Of a stretch of DNA of 64,000 bases, positions 60,347 through 64,000 are shown one piece after another. This stretch comes from a virus. Its lineage: Duplodnaviria > Caudoviricetes. A model generated the notes under the pieces. It was given only the letters and a program-made list of their open reading frames with translations, was not told the DNA's origin and made no database searches. The stretch covers positions 32,303 to 96,302 of IMG/VR virus record IMGVR_UViG_3300017911_002158. One strand, given 5' to 3'. The position numbers were made by a program, and so were the translations under genes. The stretch's first letter is position 1, and each line of letters starts with the position of its first letter.

Positions 60347-61642
60347 ATGAGTTTTGAGTATGTTTGGGGAATGGTGCGTGATCTTCGGGCTACCAGTAGC
60401 ACAATTGACAAGCAAGGCATTATAGAAGATTATTGCAATCATGGTAGTGAGGCAGCAGAATTTACCAAAAGCATTTTGCTCTATACTTATCATCCGTTGT
60501 GGCAATATAATGTCACCAGCGACAATATCAAGAAAAAGAAATCTCTGTGCGGAGAAAGATACGATACGATTTTTGATCTGCTCAACGCATTAAAAAATAG
60601 AGATATTACTGGTCACGATGCTATTGGTGCAGTCAATACTTTTATTGACAGTTATCCAGATTATGAAGAACTCATCTTGTGCATCATAGATAAAGACCTA
60701 AAGACTAGGGCTGGAGACAAAATAATAAACAAGGCTATTCCAAACCATATTCCAGAGTTTAGTGTAGCCTTGGCAGATAAATATGAACCTAAACTTGTAG
60801 ACTGGAAAGATGAATGGTATGTATCTCGTAAACTTGATGGCGTTAGATGCTTGTGTGTTGTTGATAATAGTGGTAATCCTACTTTCTATTCCAGAACAGG
60901 CAAAGAATTTTATACCCTTGGCGTTGTTGCCGATGGTATTACCAGTCTTTGTTTATCTGGTGTTGTATTTGATGGGGAGTTGTGCCTGCTAGATGAAGAT
61001 GGTAATGAAGATTTTCAAGGCATAATGAAACAACTTAAAAAGAAAGACCATACAATACCCAATCCCTCATATAAAATCTTTGATGTAATGTCTCTGGATG
61101 ATTTTAATAACAAGAAGGGTACGACTCCGTTATCTAAAAGATTGAGTCATCTTGAAAGATATATGCAGAACAATGAGTGTCCTTGTTTAACTATTCTAGA
61201 ACAAGAACACATTCTAGATGATGACCATTTTCAAGAATGGGTACATAAAGCAGACTCTAATGGTTGGGAAGGCGTTATGCTGCGTAAGAACGCTCCATAT
61301 AAAGGAAAGAGGTCGAAAGACCTTTTGAAAGTAAAAACCTTTCACGATGCAGAATACGAGGTCTTGGACGTAGAAATGGGGCCGTTTAGATATGTGAAGG
61401 ATGGTGCAGAATGTGAGGAGGATATGTTGAGTTGTGTTTATATCTCCCACAAAGATCACCTTGTCAGAGTAGGTAGTGGATTTACTATAGAAGAAAGACA
61501 GAATTTTTACAAAGATAAGACTAGGATATTGGGTAAGGTAATTCAAGTACAGTATTTTGAAGAGACTAAAAACCAAGATGGCGGCATTAGTCTTAGATTT
61601 CCAACCTTTAAATATTTATATGGAGATGCCCGAACTGTATGA
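60347..61642 (+). CDS. ATP-dependent DNA ligase
   Basis: KLDGVR, VFDGE, EGVMLR, LLKVK, VGSGF, SLRFP; composite promoter at 60283-60323. Confidence 0.95.
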   Translation: MSFEYVWGMVRDLRATSSTIDKQGIIEDYCNHGSEAAEFTKSILLYTYHPLWQYNVTSDNIKKKKSLCGERYDTIFDLLNALKNRDITGHDAIGAVNTFIDSYPDYEELILCIIDKDLKTRAGDKIINKAIPNHIPEFSVALADKYEPKLVDWKDEWYVSRKLDGVRCLCVVDNSGNPTFYSRTGKEFYTLGVVADGITSLCLSGVVFDGELCLLDEDGNEDFQGIMKQLKKKDHTIPNPSYKIFDVMSLDDFNNKKGTTPLSKRLSHLERYMQNNECPCLTILEQEHILDDDHFQEWVHKADSNGWEGVMLRKNAPYKGKRSKDLLKVKTFHDAEYEVLDVEMGPFRYVKDGAECEEDMLSCVYISHKDHLVRVGSGFTIEERQNFYKDKTRILGKVIQVQYFEETKNQDGGISLRFPTFKYLYGDARTV

Positions 61643-62004
61643 GGACAACATTAATACTAGCGGGAATATACAATATAGTTTGGGGATTTTTTGCTATATT
61701 TTTTACTGAACTTAGTTTTAGCATGGTTGGAATGAAGCAACCATTATATCCTGAGTTTTGGCAATGTATAGGTATGATAGTTGGTGTATATGGCATAGGA
61801 TACCTTATAGCATCATCTGATCCAATCAAACATTGGCCTATCACATTAGTTGGATTAATAGGAAAGATACTTGGGCCTATAGGTTTTGCTGGAGCAATAA
61901 TACAAGATAAATTGCCTATAGAGTTTGGATGGAATATTATAACCAATGATATAGTTTGGTGGATACCATTTTCTTGCATTCTATGTAAAGCATACAAGAA
62001 GTGA
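61639..62004 (+). CDS. Multi-pass membrane protein
   Basis: Hydrophobic segments, WQCIGMIVGVYGIGY, GKILGPIGF. Confidence 0.7.
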   Translation: MRTTLILAGIYNIVWGFFAIFFTELSFSMVGMKQPLYPEFWQCIGMIVGVYGIGYLIASSDPIKHWPITLVGLIGKILGPIGFAGAIIQDKLPIEFGWNIITNDIVWWIPFSCILCKAYKK

Positions 62005-62648
62005 ATAAAATTATTAAATATTCTGTAAAAGATTATCCCTTTATAGATTTAATACAAAAGCTATTTAATAGTCAAAATTTATCTGAATTACATACTCAAG
62101 ATGATACAAATTATCCTATTTTTGAAGTATCAAAAGATTCTAGTACTGTTTTTCATAAAATATTTTATGATCAAATGCGAAGCGGGTGGGATGCATTTAT
62201 AGAGACTTATAAGAATTTTATTGCTAATATTGTAAGGCCATATATAAACGAAGATATTATTTATCAAAAATGGCCGACTTTTAGAGTTCATTTACCTAAT
62301 AATTTAGCGGTTGGTGCTTGGCATACAGATACAGAATTTAATCATCCAGAAGGAGAAATTAATTTTATATTGCCTATTACTAGAATGTTTGAGAGTAATA
62401 CCGTCATCCTTGAAAGTGAACCGGGATTGAGGGACTTTAAGCAAATAGAACTTGAACCGGGGGAACTTTTTATTTTTAACGGAAACAAGTGTATGCATGG
62501 TAATCTTCCTAATAGGACTGGAAGTACACGAATTAGTTTAGATTTTAGAGTCCTAAAAAATTCCGACTATAATTCAGAAAAAAACAAAAGTTCAATTACT
62601 ACCAACACTAAATTTGTCATAGGCGACTATTACGAACAGTTATACTAA
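62001..62648 (+). CDS. 2OG-Fe(II) dioxygenase-like (StrG-like) protein
   Basis: YQKWPTFRVH, WHTD, HGN..N.T..TRISLDFR. Confidence 0.75.
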   Translation: MNKIIKYSVKDYPFIDLIQKLFNSQNLSELHTQDDTNYPIFEVSKDSSTVFHKIFYDQMRSGWDAFIETYKNFIANIVRPYINEDIIYQKWPTFRVHLPNNLAVGAWHTDTEFNHPEGEINFILPITRMFESNTVILESEPGLRDFKQIELEPGELFIFNGNKCMHGNLPNRTGSTRISLDFRVLKNSDYNSEKNKSSITTNTKFVIGDYYEQLY

Positions 62649-64000
62649 TGTCAATATCAATAGAAAATTTTTATATACAAAATCCACATATAGATTCAGA
62701 TTTTGATGAGCATTTTTATGCAAGTGCTTATCCTTCGACCGAAAATTTTTACCAACCATATTGCTATGACAATAATATTTCTGATAGACACAGATTGTTT
62801 TTTCATTACATCCAATACGGCAAGCATAGTAATGCAAAAAAATCTGGAAAAGCATTATATGTTAAACCAGTAAATGGTCTAGGAAATAGGTTGCTACAAA
62901 TAGATTCTGCCTATGCTTTTATGAAGGAGTATGATTTTGATATCTTGAAAATATGCTGGGTCAAAGGAGAGGGTTTTTCAGACGAAACTTTTGCAGAGTT
63001 ATTTGATATTACTAGACTAGATCGTAAAGTTAATTTTATAACAGAAGCGGAGTATTCTGAGGCATCAAAAAAACATATTAAGCTGGAAGAATATTTTCAT
63101 CAAGATCCTAAAACATTAGAATATATATGGAACGATATAAATAGAGAAGATTTTTTTCAACAGATAATTAGCTCTAGCTTTTGTTTAAATTCGTTTGCGT
63201 CATTGGACTGGATTTTTGGATTGAGCTTGAAATACAGATATCAATTTCTACAAACTTATTTAGGTGCATCCCAACAATTGCAAGAAATAATAGATTCTTA
63301 TGCTATAGACGATACTTTTATAGGATTACATATCAGAGAAGGAGATGCTATAATCGGGCCTTGGGCTGAACACTACAAGGAATCAAAGGATGAATACTAC
63401 GATGCTGTAATTAAAATGCACGATAAGATTTTTCTTTCCACTGATAGCAAAGATAAGCAAGACACGCTTACAAAAAAATATCCAACTAAAATAAAATGCA
63501 TTGATAAAGATTTTGTAGATACCAAAACTACTATACACGACAATAAAGGATTACAAGCAGAAGCGGTGGTGGATATGATATTATTATCCCAAACCTCTAG
63601 AATATATGGCACTAACTGGAGTACTTTTAATGAAGTTGCTTCAATTGTTGGTAGTTGTCCTAGAATACTGCTAACAAAAGAAACTATGTCCAAATTTTCT
63701 TTTGATTGTAGGAGGGAATATAGTGTCATTACTGCTGTTAAGAATAGATTCCCAGTACTTCTAGCATCTATATCGTCTTGGCTGGTTCAAGAAGAGATTA
63801 AAGAAATAGTAATTGTTGATTATGATTCTGATGATTTTGACCATGACCGCATGAAATCATTAGATGATAGAATTACAATTGTTAGCGTAAAAGATAAGCC
63901 ATATTTTAATCAATCTAATGCTTACAATATTGCTATACAAAATTGTTCATACGACAATATACTTAAATTAGATGTAGATTATTTTCTAAATCCATACTAT
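62648..64000 (+). CDS. Fucosyltransferase-like domain fused to GT2 glycosyltransferase (runs off window)
   Basis: Hand translation: GLGNRL, GLHIREGD, FLSTD, DMILLS...GTNWSTF, then SVITAVKNR, IVIVDYDS, KLDVD. Confidence 0.75.
   Translation, partial: MSISIENFYIQNPHIDSDFDEHFYASAYPSTENFYQPYCYDNNISDRHRLFFHYIQYGKHSNAKKSGKALYVKPVNGLGNRLLQIDSAYAFMKEYDFDILKICWVKGEGFSDETFAELFDITRLDRKVNFITEAEYSEASKKHIKLEEYFHQDPKTLEYIWNDINREDFFQQIISSSFCLNSFASLDWIFGLSLKYRYQFLQTYLGASQQLQEIIDSYAIDDTFIGLHIREGDAIIGPWAEHYKESKDEYYDAVIKMHDKIFLSTDSKDKQDTLTKKYPTKIKCIDKDFVDTKTTIHDNKGLQAEAVVDMILLSQTSRIYGTNWSTFNEVASIVGSCPRILLTKETMSKFSFDCRREYSVITAVKNRFPVLLASISSWLVQEEIKEIVIVDYDSDDFDHDRMKSLDDRITIVSVKDKPYFNQSNAYNIAIQNCSYDNILKLDVDYFLNPYY

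Noticed and set aside
1-64000. Stop-codon reassignment
   Set aside because: Conserved genes are full length in the standard code, TAA, TAG and TGA all end genes, and there is no suppressor tRNA

Overview
This window is 64 kb of a large, AT-rich tailed-phage genome (Caudoviricetes, siphovirus-like morphogenesis module) with two divergent arms. Left arm (1-30.6 kb, all minus strand), read in transcription order: phage sigma factor, putative small terminase, HNH and ERCC4 nucleases, large terminase, portal, protease/scaffold, decoration protein, major capsid protein, a ~10 kb fibre cluster, neck and tail genes, and a tape measure gene that runs off the window. Right arm (30.7-64 kb, all plus strand): first a visibly GC-richer, probably first-expressed region of microproteins and anti-defence-type genes, then metabolic and repair genes (ASCH, HhH glycosylase, LpxH-like, ThyX, UvsE, deaminase, GDP-fucose synthase, PRTase, GuaC, DNA ligase, fucosyltransferase-GT2 fusion), six tRNAs including Ile-UAU, and a tmRNA. 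A Planctomycetota or other GC-rich aquatic host is a weak inference. The most unusual content is non-coding. (1) About 17 sigma28/FliA-like promoters (TMAAG-N15/16-GNCGATA), most interleaved with sigma70 promoters, plus sigma54 consensus sites and a separate GGTGTA late motif. (2) A repeated intergenic module in the early region built from CCCC-N6-GGGG boxes and a co-oriented bipartite motif with ~37 bp spacing. (3) Anti-RBS sequences placed between stop codons and terminators, complementary to leaders of early genes. (4) A promoter-driven tRNA-like RNA with a pseudoknot in place of the anticodon arm. All motif counts were made by eye, and protein family calls come from motif recognition, not database searches.
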